From: an uncultured Gammaproteobacteria bacterium
Lineage (GTDB): Bacteria; Patescibacteriota; Microgenomatia; UBA8517
Assembly (NCBI GenBank): GCA_964583105.1
Contig: CAZOUV010000002.1
Span: 26,573-90,572, forward strand
Length of the DNA: 64,000 nt
Direction: 5' to 3'
The notes under the pieces were generated by a model. The model worked only from the letters and a program-made list of their open reading frames with translations. It was not told the origin of the DNA and made no database searches. A program made the position numbers and the translations under genes. This document shows, piece after piece, positions 8,648-18,401 of the stretch. How positions within the stretch are numbered: position 1 is the stretch's first letter; each line of letters opens with the position of its first letter.

Positions 8648-10933
8648 ATGAAAAAGATAGAAAAGACTATTGAGTTAGGGGGACGTAAATTAACGTTTCA
8701 AACAGGACTACTTGCATCTCAAGCTTCAGGAGCAGTCCTTGTTAGCTATGGTGAAACGGTTGTTCTTGCAACGGTAGTTTCAGCCCCTCTTAAACAGGAT
8801 ATTGGCTATTTTCCTCTTTTTGTTGAATATCAAGAGAGGCTATATGCAGGAGGAAAGATTAAAGGTAGTCGTTGGGTTAAAAGAGAGGGAAGGCCATCCG
8901 ATGACGAAATTCTTTCAGGAAGATTGATTGATAGATCTATTAGACCCCTATTTCCCAAAACTTACAAAAGGGAAGTTCAAGTAATGGCAACAGTTCTTTC
9001 TGTTGATATGGAAAACGATCCCACAATTGTTGCAGCACTTGGAACTTCCGCCGCAATTGCAATTTCGCAAATTCCTTGGAAGGAAGTAGTTGTTACCCTA
9101 AGGGTAGGAAAGATTGACGGAAAATTAGTTATAAATCCCCTGGTTTCTCAGATGATAAATTCTTCAATGGATTTAATAGTTTCGGTAACGGAAAAATCAA
9201 TCTTAATGGTTGAGGCGGGTACAAAAGAAGTAACTGAGGATGAGATATTGGAGGGAATTGAGTTTGTGCAAAATGAGGGAAAGAAGCTAATTTCCTTTAT
9301 AAACGAATTTGCGGGAATCTGTGGAAAGAAAAAAGAATCTATTCCGGAAGATGAAATAACAACAGAACTTAAAACCAAAATCAAAAAGATTGCGGGAGAT
9401 AAAGTAGGAGAGATTCTTAAAGAGATGGCTATGCATGAAGGAAGTGGGGGTATTTTTGAAGAGGTAAGAAATGCCGTAATTGCAGGACTTTCTGAAGAAA
9501 ATCCCGCACTAGTTGCCAGTGCCTTTGAAAAAGTCTTAAAGGAAGAAGCCAGAAAAATTACCCTTAAGGGAAAAAGAGTCGACGGAAGAAAGTTTGATGA
9601 AATAAGAACACTTTCGGGTGAAGTTGGAATTTTACCAAGGACTCATGGAAGTGCCATATTTCAAAGAGGTCAAACACAGGTTTTAACTGTTGCAACATTG
9701 GGAGCCCCTTCCCTTTCCCAATTAATAGAGTCCGCAGAAGGAGAAGAAAACAAGCACTATATGCATCATTATTCCATGCCTCCTTTTTCAACCGGAGAAG
9801 TAGGAAAAGTTGGATCCCCCAATAGAAGAGAAATAGGTCACGGTGCACTTGCAGAAAGAGCTTTAATTCCGGTAATTCCAACTGAAGATAAATTTCCTTA
9901 CACTATTAGGTTAGTTTCCGAGGTTACTAGTTCCAACGGTTCGACGTCCATGGCATCAACCTGCGGTTCGACACTTGCGTTAATGGATGCGGGAGTGCCT
10001 ATTACATCCCCTGTATCGGGAATTGCTATGGGACTTGTAATAGACGGAAAAGATCATGCGGTTTTAACCGATATTTGCGGAATGGAAGATTATTTGGTCG
10101 GGGATATGGACTTTAAAGTTACAGGAACCGCAAAGGGAATAACAGCTCTTCAGCTGGATGTAAAAACACTTGACTTAACACACGAAATTTTGAAAGAGGC
10201 TCTAATTCAATCCAAAAAGGCCAGGGTGGAAGTTTTAAAGACAATACTCGCAACCCTTAAGGGGCCAAGAGAAGAAGTTTCAACTTACGCTCCAAAAATT
10301 CGAGTTGTCATGGTTCCTGTGGAAAAAATAGGGGAGGTAATTGGCCCCGGAGGAAAGATAATTAAAAAGATAATCGCAGAAACAGGGGCCCAAGTGGAAG
10401 TCGAAGACGACGGGTCAGTTAATATCTCAGGAATTGACGGAGCTAAAGTGGATGCGGCAGTAACAATGGTTGAAAATCTTGTAAAAGAAGTAAAAGCGGG
10501 AGAAATTTATGAAGGTACGGTTGTTAGAATTCAGCCCTTTGGAGCATTTATTGAAATCTTACCTGGGAAAGACGGAATGGTCCATGTTTCGGATATGGGT
10601 GAAGGATTTGTTAAAGATCCTAACGATATTGTAAAAATTGGACAGAAAATTCAGGTAAGAGTCAAAGAAATTGATGATCTTGGACGAATAAACCTTTCGA
10701 TGAACATGGATCCATCAAAAGATAAGCCAAAAGAAGAAAGAGGTGCTCGAAACGGGTTTGATAGGCCCAGAAGAGATTTTGGAAGAAACAGCTTTAATAG
10801 AAGTGGAGGTAGTTTTGATAGGCCCAGAAGAGATTTTTCGGCAAAACCAAGATTCGGTTCGGAAAGAAGTGGGGGACCCCATTTTCCAACTTCAAGGCTT
10901 GTGAATGAAGACAAGAAAAGCTTTGGAAGATAA
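8648..10933 (+). CDS. pnp: Polyribonucleotide nucleotidyltransferase (PNPase) with a C-terminal Arg/Gly-rich tail
   Basis: Two RNase PH domains, a KH domain (VIGPGGKIIKKI) and an S1 domain, then an ~80-aa RG-rich tail containing a duplicated FDRPRRDF motif. Confidence 0.95.
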   Translation: MKKIEKTIELGGRKLTFQTGLLASQASGAVLVSYGETVVLATVVSAPLKQDIGYFPLFVEYQERLYAGGKIKGSRWVKREGRPSDDEILSGRLIDRSIRPLFPKTYKREVQVMATVLSVDMENDPTIVAALGTSAAIAISQIPWKEVVVTLRVGKIDGKLVINPLVSQMINSSMDLIVSVTEKSILMVEAGTKEVTEDEILEGIEFVQNEGKKLISFINEFAGICGKKKESIPEDEITTELKTKIKKIAGDKVGEILKEMAMHEGSGGIFEEVRNAVIAGLSEENPALVASAFEKVLKEEARKITLKGKRVDGRKFDEIRTLSGEVGILPRTHGSAIFQRGQTQVLTVATLGAPSLSQLIESAEGEENKHYMHHYSMPPFSTGEVGKVGSPNRREIGHGALAERALIPVIPTEDKFPYTIRLVSEVTSSNGSTSMASTCGSTLALMDAGVPITSPVSGIAMGLVIDGKDHAVLTDICGMEDYLVGDMDFKVTGTAKGITALQLDVKTLDLTHEILKEALIQSKKARVEVLKTILATLKGPREEVSTYAPKIRVVMVPVEKIGEVIGPGGKIIKKIIAETGAQVEVEDDGSVNISGIDGAKVDAAVTMVENLVKEVKAGEIYEGTVVRIQPFGAFIEILPGKDGMVHVSDMGEGFVKDPNDIVKIGQKIQVRVKEIDDLGRINLSMNMDPSKDKPKEERGARNGFDRPRRDFGRNSFNRSGGSFDRPRRDFSAKPRFGSERSGGPHFPTSRLVNEDKKSFGR
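10757..10837 (+). repeat. Direct repeat (>=24 bp perfect, period 57 bp) inside the pnp tail coding region
   Basis: tttgataggcccagaagagatttt occurs at 10757-10780 and again at 10814-10837. It encodes the duplicated FDRPRRDF peptide. Confidence 0.9.
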
Positions 10934-10964
10934 TCTTTCTTAAAGAAATATATAATTTGTATTA

Positions 10965-11828
10965 GTGAATTTATTTTGGTTGTTTTTAGTTTTTATTTTC
11001 TTCTTTTTAAATCCCAACTTGTCTGAGATTGATCAACAAACATCAATTATTGCTACCGGAGACATTATGCTTAGTAGAAGTGTGATGACCAAAAGCCTTA
11101 AAAAGAATAACTCAATTTATCCCTTTGAGCATGTCGCAGAAGAATTAAGAAAAGCAGACATCGTTTTTTCTAACCTTGAAGGTCCAATTGTTGAAAATTG
11201 TCCCTATTTTGATTCCGGTATGAAATTTTGTGCCGACCCAAAAATGATTGAAGGACTTAAATATGCAGGTATAGATATAGTAAATTTGGCCAATAATCAC
11301 ATCTTTAATTATGGTCAAGAAGGTTTTACCCAAACCAAAAAACATCTGGAATTAAATGAAATTAAATGGGTTGGTGACGGAAATTTAGTTGTTATAGAAA
11401 AAAACGGAATTAAATTCGGATTTTTAGGTTTTAATTTTTTGGAATATAAACTTCAGGAAAAAGATCTTGAACTTATTAGAAATTCTAAAAAAGAAGTGAA
11501 CTTTTTAATTGTTGGTGTTCACTGGGGAGAGGAATATAAACCCAAAGCCAATTTAAATCAAAAACTGATAGCGGAGAAATTATCACAAGCAGGAACAGAT
11601 TATATTGTCGGACACCACCCCCATTGGATACAGGAAATTGAAACAGTCGGCAATTCCAGAGTCTATTATTCTTTGGGAAATTTTATCTTTGACCAAATGT
11701 GGAGTGAAGAAACCAAAAAAGGAATGGCTATAAATTTGATATTTAAAAGTAAAAAACTCTTCAAAGAAAATTTACTGTCAGTATATATGGATGGGTTTGC
11801 ACAACCTAAATGGCTAACCGGTTTTTAA
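10965..11828 (+). CDS. CapA/PgsA-family metallophosphoesterase-like protein (poly-gamma-glutamate capsule synthesis family) with N-terminal signal/TM
   Basis: ATGDIMLSR, ADIVFSNLEGP, DIVNLANNH, GHHPHW and YSLGNF motifs typical of the PGA_cap/CapA family, with a hydrophobic N-terminus. Confidence 0.7.
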   Translation: MNLFWLFLVFIFFFLNPNLSEIDQQTSIIATGDIMLSRSVMTKSLKKNNSIYPFEHVAEELRKADIVFSNLEGPIVENCPYFDSGMKFCADPKMIEGLKYAGIDIVNLANNHIFNYGQEGFTQTKKHLELNEIKWVGDGNLVVIEKNGIKFGFLGFNFLEYKLQEKDLELIRNSKKEVNFLIVGVHWGEEYKPKANLNQKLIAEKLSQAGTDYIVGHHPHWIQEIETVGNSRVYYSLGNFIFDQMWSEETKKGMAINLIFKSKKLFKENLLSVYMDGFAQPKWLTGF

Positions 11829-11868
11829 CTTCAATGAATGGCTTGAAGATGCTACACTTAGAAAACAT

Positions 11869-12915
11869 ATGGATACTGCGCAGAGTGATATTATCAAGCT
11901 TAAAGAGATAGTTAAATCCGCAACAATTCCACCCAAACTTCTGGAAGAAGTTTCAACAAGATTGGACCAGCTTGGAAAACTAACCCAATCTCCTACTTTT
12001 TTACCTGAGTTTGACAGAATCAGAAAATATATAGATTGGATAATTTCTCTTCCTTGGAACACGCGCACTCAGGATAATTTGGATTTAGTAAACACAAAAA
12101 CGGTTTTGGATAAAAACCATTTTGGTTTAAATGAAATTAAAGAAAGAATTCTTGAATATGTATCTGTAATGAAACTAAAAAAAGAAAGAGGGGAAGAAAA
12201 AGAAATATTTAGAGCACCTATTCTTTGTTTTGTGGGACTTGTGGGAACCGGAAAAACAACAATTGCTTCGTCAATTGCGGAAAGTTTGGGAAGAAAGTTT
12301 GTTAGAATTCCTTTTGGTGGTATGGGAGATCCTTTGGATTTAAGAGGGCAATCCCGAATGTATGCGGAATCAGAGCCCGGAAAAATAGTTAAAGCCCTTA
12401 AGTCTGTGGGCTCAAGAAATCCTGTAATTTTACTTGATGAAATTGATAGAGTAACCGATGGAGGACGAGCATCGATCATGGGGGTACTGGTGGAGCTATT
12501 GGATCCTGAACAAAATCACAGTTTTACCGACCATTACATCGATTTTCCTTTTGATCTTTCTGAAGTTTTATTTATTGCAACCGCAAATAATACTACTAGT
12601 ATATCAACGGCGGTTTTAGATAGATTGGAACCTATTTCAATGCCTTCGTATACGGATATGGAAAAAATAACAATTGGAGAAAAATATGTACTTCCCAGAG
12701 CAATCAGAGTTGCGGGGATCCCCCAAGGATCTTTGCAAATAGACGAAAATGTTTGGCCTAGTATTGTTAGACCTTTGGGATATGATGCGGGGATAAGAAC
12801 CTTGGAAAGAACAATTGAGGGAATTGTAAGAAGAGTTGCTAGAGCAATCGTTGAAAAAAAGGGGACTTCGTTTAAAATAACGGAAACAAATATTAGAGAA
12901 TTCCTGCCCCAATAG
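11869..12915 (+). CDS. Lon-like AAA+ ATPase module with no N-terminal substrate domain and no protease domain
   Basis: Matches the Lon coiled-coil/AAA+ segment: YIDWIISLPWNTRTQ...LDKNHFGLNEIKERILEYV. Walker A is GLVGTGKTT and Walker B is ILLDEIDR, followed by sensor regions. The ORF stops exactly where the Lon protease domain would begin. Confidence 0.7.
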   Translation: MDTAQSDIIKLKEIVKSATIPPKLLEEVSTRLDQLGKLTQSPTFLPEFDRIRKYIDWIISLPWNTRTQDNLDLVNTKTVLDKNHFGLNEIKERILEYVSVMKLKKERGEEKEIFRAPILCFVGLVGTGKTTIASSIAESLGRKFVRIPFGGMGDPLDLRGQSRMYAESEPGKIVKALKSVGSRNPVILLDEIDRVTDGGRASIMGVLVELLDPEQNHSFTDHYIDFPFDLSEVLFIATANNTTSISTAVLDRLEPISMPSYTDMEKITIGEKYVLPRAIRVAGIPQGSLQIDENVWPSIVRPLGYDAGIRTLERTIEGIVRRVARAIVEKKGTSFKITETNIREFLPQ

Positions 12916-12916
12916 G

Positions 12917-13387
12917 ATGAAAATATTAATTATTTCCGATAGTCATGCAAATATTGCGAACCTTAAACTTGTCTTGGGTTTTGCTAAAAAGATAAAAGCA
13001 GCTGGAATATTTCATCTTGGTGATTGGGATGATATTAAATCTATTAAGGAAGTTTTATCAGCAAGAATTCCCCTTTACTGTATTTTGGGAAATGCAGACA
13101 TCCATTTGGGTATGAAAGATGTCTTAAAAGATAACTCGAAAGAATTTGACGAAAAATGTCTGAAATTTGTCTTGGACTATAAATTAATAGGCCTTGTTCA
13201 TAATATAAAAGATTTTGTTTACGATAAAAGAAAATTTAATATTATTTTCTGTGGCCACAAACATTATAAATCCGAAAGAATTATAGACGGGGTTAGAATC
13301 GTCTCTCCCGGAGCACTTCATTCTATTAAACCCTCATTTGCTGTTTACGATACTGGTATAAATAAGGTAGAATTTTTTGATTTATAA
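12917..13387 (+). CDS. YfcE/MJ0936-type metallophosphoesterase (phosphodiesterase)
   Basis: ISDSH...GD...GNAD...GHKH...PGA pattern typical of the calcineurin-like phosphoesterase family. The ORF is 156 aa. Confidence 0.6.
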   Translation: MKILIISDSHANIANLKLVLGFAKKIKAAGIFHLGDWDDIKSIKEVLSARIPLYCILGNADIHLGMKDVLKDNSKEFDEKCLKFVLDYKLIGLVHNIKDFVYDKRKFNIIFCGHKHYKSERIIDGVRIVSPGALHSIKPSFAVYDTGINKVEFFDL

Positions 13388-13389
13388 AT

Positions 13390-13995
13390 ATGAGCAAGAA
13401 GGATCAACTAAATAAATTAAAGATCGAAATGGAGAAAGACGATAACCTTCCTCTTAAGAAAGGTGCAACAAGACTTGTCTTTGGTGTTGGAAATCCAGAA
13501 ACAAAAATACTTTTTATAGGGGAAGGCCCAGGATATTTTGAAGATCAGAAAGGGGAACCTTTTGTAGGAAATGCAGGGAAACTATTGGATAATCTTCTTT
13601 TGTCGATAGATCTTCCGCGTTCTGAAATATATATTACTAATGTTGTTCATCACAGGCCACCTGAGAATAGAGACCCTTTACCTGAAGAAATATCTGCCTA
13701 TGGGAAATATCTTGATGAAATAATAAAAATTATTGATCCAAAAGTAATTGTCACTTTAGGAAGATTTTCGATGGGTAAATTTCTTCCAGAGGTAAGAATA
13801 TCTGGTGTACACGGCAAAAAATTTGAAATCAACTGGAACGGTAGGAATATCGGCGTAATTCCTATGTATCATCCCGCAGCAGCTTTAAGGAGGGGGGAAG
13901 TTATGCAGGCTATCAAAAATGATTTTTTGAAAATCCCCTCTTATTTGGAAGAAATTGAGAGTAAGATGGAAGTTGAACAAAGTAAGTTATTTTAG
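13390..13995 (+). CDS. Uracil-DNA glycosylase family 4-like (UdgA/phage SPO1 polymerase-associated type), cysteine-free
   Basis: GEGPGYFEDQKGEPFVGNAGKLLD, NVVHHRPPENRDPLPEEI and MYHPAA match family-4 UDG motifs. The protein contains no cysteines, so it cannot carry the usual 4Fe-4S cluster. Confidence 0.65.
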   Translation: MSKKDQLNKLKIEMEKDDNLPLKKGATRLVFGVGNPETKILFIGEGPGYFEDQKGEPFVGNAGKLLDNLLLSIDLPRSEIYITNVVHHRPPENRDPLPEEISAYGKYLDEIIKIIDPKVIVTLGRFSMGKFLPEVRISGVHGKKFEINWNGRNIGVIPMYHPAAALRRGEVMQAIKNDFLKIPSYLEEIESKMEVEQSKLF

Positions 13996-14000
13996 AAATT

Positions 14001-15644
14001 ATGCTTAGATTTATTGCTTTATCGGGAACAACGGGTGTTACGGAAAATTTATATATTTACGAACAAAACGGGGAAATGATGGTTGTAGATTGTGGCATAG
14101 GTTTTCCTGATTTGGAAATGCCTGGAGTTGATCTGGTACTTCCCGATTATTCGTACGTAGTCAAAAACAAAAACAAGTTAAAGGGGATTGTTGTCTCTCA
14201 GGGACATGAAGATCACATAGGAGCACTACCGTTTCTTTTAAGGGATATTAAAACTCAAATTTGGGCGCCTCCACTTGTTACTGAGTTTATAAAAGACAAA
14301 TTTAAAGATTATGGAGTCAGAGATTTTAAAATCAATACTTTTAATCCGGACAATGATCTTTTTCAGGTTGGACCTTTTAAGATTCAGCCGTTCAGGGTTA
14401 CCCATTCAATTCCCGATACGGTAGGTTTTGCAATAGATACGTCCGAAGGAAGGGTCTTTCATGTTCCGGAACACAAAATGGATCAAAATCCGGTTGACGG
14501 TAAATCTTTTGATATAGGTCGGGCAAGGGATCTTGCAAAAAGTGGGGTTTTATTTTTAGCTTCCGATTGTTTGGGTGCAAATAAACCAGGATTTGTCGAA
14601 AGCGAACTCCCAATCGAGGAAAAAATGTTTGAAATAGTTAAAAATGCCAAGAAGGCTGTCATGGTTACGGCAATCTCATCAAATATTGGCAGGTTTCAGC
14701 AGATAATCAATATTGCCAAGAAGGTAAACAGAAAGGTCCTTTTTGTGGGAAGGTCTATCCAGAAAAAGGCTGAGATGGCACATAATTTAAATTATCTTCA
14801 TTACTCACCCGGCCAAATAATTTCATACAAGGAACTTCCCAATTTAAAACCTAATCAGGTTCTTTATATAGTTTCAGGCTGTTTTGGTCAGGTTGGAAGT
14901 TCTGTCTACAGAATTTCTCAGGGTGATCACGACAGAGTAACTGTGAATGTTGGAGATACATTTATATTTTCCGCTGATCCGGCACCTGCCTACAGCAAGG
15001 AAAGTGAAGATTTTGTGATAGACGGTTTAATCGATAAGGGGGTTGATGTTCATTATTACGATCTTAAAGAGGGTCTTTATGTTTCGGGGCATGGTGGTCA
15101 GGAGGACATTAAAAAGCTTTTTGAAATTGTAAAGCCTAAGTATTTTATTCCTATAGGCGGGACCATAAGATTTATGCATTCCTACGAGAAGCTTGTTATA
15201 AATTTGGGAGCAAGTTCTTCGAATGTGTTTAAACTCAAGGCGGGGGAAAGTGTTATTTTTGAAAAAGGAAGTGTTTCTCGGGGTGAAACTGTTTCTACAA
15301 AAGATGTTTTGGTTCATGGACTTGGAATTGGAGATATCGGTAAGGTTGTTTTGGGTGACCGTGCAATTTTGGGTAAGGAAGGAATTGTGGTAATTGCAAT
15401 TAAAATCGGGAAAGATGGAAGAAGCATTGGTAAGCCCGAAATAATCAGCAAAGGTTTCATATTTGAGGTAAAAGATAGAGAAATATTGGAAAAAGCCGTA
15501 TTTGATTTGACCAAGCTATTAAACAGTAAAGGAAAATTAAATGCAAAGTCTTTAAAAGAGGAATCGATTAAATTTCTGGAGAAGCATTTCTTTAGGGTTA
15601 CAGGAAGAAGTCCGATGATTTTACCTGTTGTTATTGAGATATAA
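14001..15644 (+). CDS. rnj: Ribonuclease J (metallo-beta-lactamase/beta-CASP RNase)
   Basis: QGHEDHIGALPFLL (HxHxDH motif) and a beta-CASP region, in a 547-aa ORF with RNase J architecture. Confidence 0.85.
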   Translation: MLRFIALSGTTGVTENLYIYEQNGEMMVVDCGIGFPDLEMPGVDLVLPDYSYVVKNKNKLKGIVVSQGHEDHIGALPFLLRDIKTQIWAPPLVTEFIKDKFKDYGVRDFKINTFNPDNDLFQVGPFKIQPFRVTHSIPDTVGFAIDTSEGRVFHVPEHKMDQNPVDGKSFDIGRARDLAKSGVLFLASDCLGANKPGFVESELPIEEKMFEIVKNAKKAVMVTAISSNIGRFQQIINIAKKVNRKVLFVGRSIQKKAEMAHNLNYLHYSPGQIISYKELPNLKPNQVLYIVSGCFGQVGSSVYRISQGDHDRVTVNVGDTFIFSADPAPAYSKESEDFVIDGLIDKGVDVHYYDLKEGLYVSGHGGQEDIKKLFEIVKPKYFIPIGGTIRFMHSYEKLVINLGASSSNVFKLKAGESVIFEKGSVSRGETVSTKDVLVHGLGIGDIGKVVLGDRAILGKEGIVVIAIKIGKDGRSIGKPEIISKGFIFEVKDREILEKAVFDLTKLLNSKGKLNAKSLKEESIKFLEKHFFRVTGRSPMILPVVIEI

Positions 15645-17760
15645 TGTATTTGCCATGCTTAATAAGAAAAAAAGATTTAATAAAAGAGCTTTTAGATTAA
15701 AACTAAAAAAGCAAACCGTTTTTTCCATTGCCCAGATTTTTTTTCTTTGTTTGTCTGGCCTTATCGTTCTTTCTTTTCTTCGTCAGGGGATGGTACTTGT
15801 AAAAATTAACGATATTTTGGTAGAGTATTTTTCTTGGACGATAATTTTTCTTCCTTTCATTTTTCTTTCCCTTTCCTTTTTTGTTTCAAAACTCAAAGGC
15901 CCATTGAGCCGACCCAATGTTTTGGTTGGGATAATTTTATTTTTTATGTCTGTTATGGCTCTTACAAAAGCCGGAGTTTTAGGATTAAATGCGTGGTTGG
16001 CAATATCTGGTTTGATAACTGGTCCGGGCGCATTCCTAATTTTTTTAGGAACATCATTTATTGGTCTAATTATTCTTTTTGATACTTCATTTGAACAGGT
16101 AATTAATGAAACAAAAATTATTTATAACAGATTGAGAAGATTTATTGTTGCCGACAAAGGTTCACAGGCGAAACTTTGGAAACAGCCCATGAGGGTGGTG
16201 GGCGATGGTATAAACTCCTCTTCTGTCAAGAATGTTCAAACAAAAACCAAAGAAGAAAATTTGGAACCTGGAGTATTGGCTCCCAAATTGGTCACCAATG
16301 TTCCGGGAGAGGGAAAGGTTTGGAAGTATCCTTCTTTAGATCTTCTTAGTGAGGTCGAAACCGGAAAAGCTGATCGGGGCGACATAAAAGGTAATGCTGC
16401 CCAAATAGAAAAAACATTGGATTCGTTTGGTATTACAGCAAGGGTGGTTGAAGTTAATTTAGGTCCTGCAGTTACCCAATACGCATTGGAGGTTGCGCTT
16501 GGAACAAAACTTTCCAAAATAACAGCCCTTGAGAGGGATTTGGCTTTAGCTCTTGCCGCGCCCACCGGAACAATCAGGATCGAAGCTCCCATTCCAGGTA
16601 GAAGCCTTGTAGGAATTGAACTTCCCAACAGATCTCCCGAATTTGTTCCCTTAAGAAAAATGATGGAATCAGAGGCGATGAAAAACAGCAATTCCAAATT
16701 GGCAGTTTCTTTGGGGCTGGATGTTTCGGGTAAGGCGGTTGTTACGGAAATTGGCAGAATGCCCCATGTCTTAATTGCCGGTCAAACAGGTTCCGGAAAA
16801 AGTGTCTGTGTGAATGCATTTTTATCATCAATTCTTTTTAGAGCAGCGCCTTCTGAAGTTAAATTTATTTTAGTTGATCCAAAGAGGGTGGAGCTTACGG
16901 GTTATAACGGTATTCCCCACCTTTTAACTCCAGTGATAGTTGAGCCGGAAAAAGTAATTTCCGCCTTAAGATGGATACTGAGCGAAATGGATAGGCGCTA
17001 TAAACTTTTTGCTCAGGCAGGAGCCAGAAACATCGACGGTTATAATGAAATGTCCGGATTTCAAGCTCTTCCTTACATAGTATTAGTTATTGATGAACTT
17101 GCGGATATTATGCTTTTTTCTCCAGTTGAAGTTGAAGATTCAATTACCAGAATTGCTCAGATGAGCCGAGCTACGGGAATACATATGGTTCTTGCGACAC
17201 AAAGACCTTCAGTTGATGTAATAACTGGCCTTATTAAGGCTAATATTCCTTGTAGAATTGCTTTTGCAGTTTCTTCACAAGTAGATTCCCGTGTAATTCT
17301 TGATACTCAGGGAGCGGAAAAATTATTGGGAAGAGGGGACATGCTTTACCTTCCTCCCGAACAGGCAAAACCCATAAGAATTCAGGGGGCTTTTGTTTCG
17401 GATAAAGAAACAACAGCTCTTGCATCTTTTATTAAAAATCAGGGACTTGGTCCGCAGTATACGGAAGAGGTAACTACAATGAGTAAATCCGGTATGCCTC
17501 AGGTGAGTGGTGTTAATGGTGATATTGATGATTTATTTAGAAAAGCAGTTGAAGTCGTTTGTCAATATGATAGAGCTTCAGCATCGCTTCTTCAAAGACG
17601 TCTTTCAATTGGATATGCTAGAGCAGCAAGGATAATTGATCAACTGGAGGGAGCGGGAGTTGTGGGAGCAGCAGAAGGATCAAAACCCCGTGAAGTACTT
17701 GTTCAAAATGCGGAACAATTCCTAGCCAAAACTGTACCCAGTGAAGCTTCTGCCAACTAA
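15628..17760 (+). CDS. ftsK: DNA translocase FtsK/SpoIIIE
   Basis: N-terminal TM helices, a motor domain with GQTGSGKSVCVN (Walker A) and VLVIDELADIM (Walker B), and a C-terminal gamma winged helix (LLQRRLSIGYARAARIIDQLE). An alternative start at 15655 would avoid overlapping rnj. Confidence 0.85.
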   Translation: MLLRYNVFAMLNKKKRFNKRAFRLKLKKQTVFSIAQIFFLCLSGLIVLSFLRQGMVLVKINDILVEYFSWTIIFLPFIFLSLSFFVSKLKGPLSRPNVLVGIILFFMSVMALTKAGVLGLNAWLAISGLITGPGAFLIFLGTSFIGLIILFDTSFEQVINETKIIYNRLRRFIVADKGSQAKLWKQPMRVVGDGINSSSVKNVQTKTKEENLEPGVLAPKLVTNVPGEGKVWKYPSLDLLSEVETGKADRGDIKGNAAQIEKTLDSFGITARVVEVNLGPAVTQYALEVALGTKLSKITALERDLALALAAPTGTIRIEAPIPGRSLVGIELPNRSPEFVPLRKMMESEAMKNSNSKLAVSLGLDVSGKAVVTEIGRMPHVLIAGQTGSGKSVCVNAFLSSILFRAAPSEVKFILVDPKRVELTGYNGIPHLLTPVIVEPEKVISALRWILSEMDRRYKLFAQAGARNIDGYNEMSGFQALPYIVLVIDELADIMLFSPVEVEDSITRIAQMSRATGIHMVLATQRPSVDVITGLIKANIPCRIAFAVSSQVDSRVILDTQGAEKLLGRGDMLYLPPEQAKPIRIQGAFVSDKETTALASFIKNQGLGPQYTEEVTTMSKSGMPQVSGVNGDIDDLFRKAVEVVCQYDRASASLLQRRLSIGYARAARIIDQLEGAGVVGAAEGSKPREVLVQNAEQFLAKTVPSEASAN

Positions 17761-17767
17761 AATTTAA

Positions 17768-18394
17768 ATGAGAAGTGTTGGAGATATTTTAAAAAGCGCA
17801 CGTCTTAAAAAAGATTATTCCTTAAAAAAGATTGAGAAAGAAACAAAGATTAAAAAGGAATTCATAGAAGCAATTGAAAACGGGGAGTGGGGAAAACTTC
17901 CTGAATTTGCAGTTGTTTCCGGGTTTGTTAAAAACCTATCTTCATTTCTTGGCGTTGATGTAAAAACTGCCTGCGCAACACTAAAGAGGGATTATCTGCC
18001 GCAAAAACTATCAATTAATCCAAAACCTGACGTCGGTGGTAAATTCGTATGGACTCCTAAATATACTTTTGTGGCAGGGATTATGATTGTAATTCTTTCC
18101 CTACTAGGCTATCTCGGTTTTCAATTTTTTAAGTTTAATTCTCCTCCGCAACTGGAGATAGTGCGTCCTACGGAAGGATTTGTTGCCACTTCCAATGTTG
18201 TGGATGTCTCCGGAAAAACTGATCCCGATGCAACTATTAAAATAAATAACCAATTGATTTTAATAAACGATGACGGAACCTTTTTTGGTCAGGTTGAAAT
18301 ATTCGAAGGAACTGGTGAAATTGTTGTAACAGCAATAAACAGATCAAATAAAGAAACGACTATTGTTAGAAAGATAACACCTAAGTTAAAATAA
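17768..18394 (+). CDS. rodZ: RodZ-like cytoskeleton protein (XRE-type HTH + single TM + C-terminal domain)
   Basis: VGDILKSARLKKDYSLKKIEKETKIKKEFIEAIENGEW matches the RodZ HTH. A TM helix follows (VAGIMIVILSLLGYLGF). Confidence 0.55.
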   Translation: MRSVGDILKSARLKKDYSLKKIEKETKIKKEFIEAIENGEWGKLPEFAVVSGFVKNLSSFLGVDVKTACATLKRDYLPQKLSINPKPDVGGKFVWTPKYTFVAGIMIVILSLLGYLGFQFFKFNSPPQLEIVRPTEGFVATSNVVDVSGKTDPDATIKINNQLILINDDGTFFGQVEIFEGTGEIVVTAINRSNKETTIVRKITPKLK

Positions 18395-18401
18395 AACCTA
18401 T

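Noticed and set aside
10757-10837. Direct repeats considered as a possible CRISPR or mobile-element terminal repeat
   Set aside because: Only two copies, in frame inside pnp, encoding a duplicated peptide. No spacer/repeat periodicity of a CRISPR array was seen anywhere in the window.
15628-15654. ftsK start at 15628 overlapping rnj by 17 nt
   Set aside because: Possible, but an in-frame ATG at 15655 (MLNKKKRF...) avoids the overlap. I kept the ORF-track boundary in the feature but consider 15655 equally likely.
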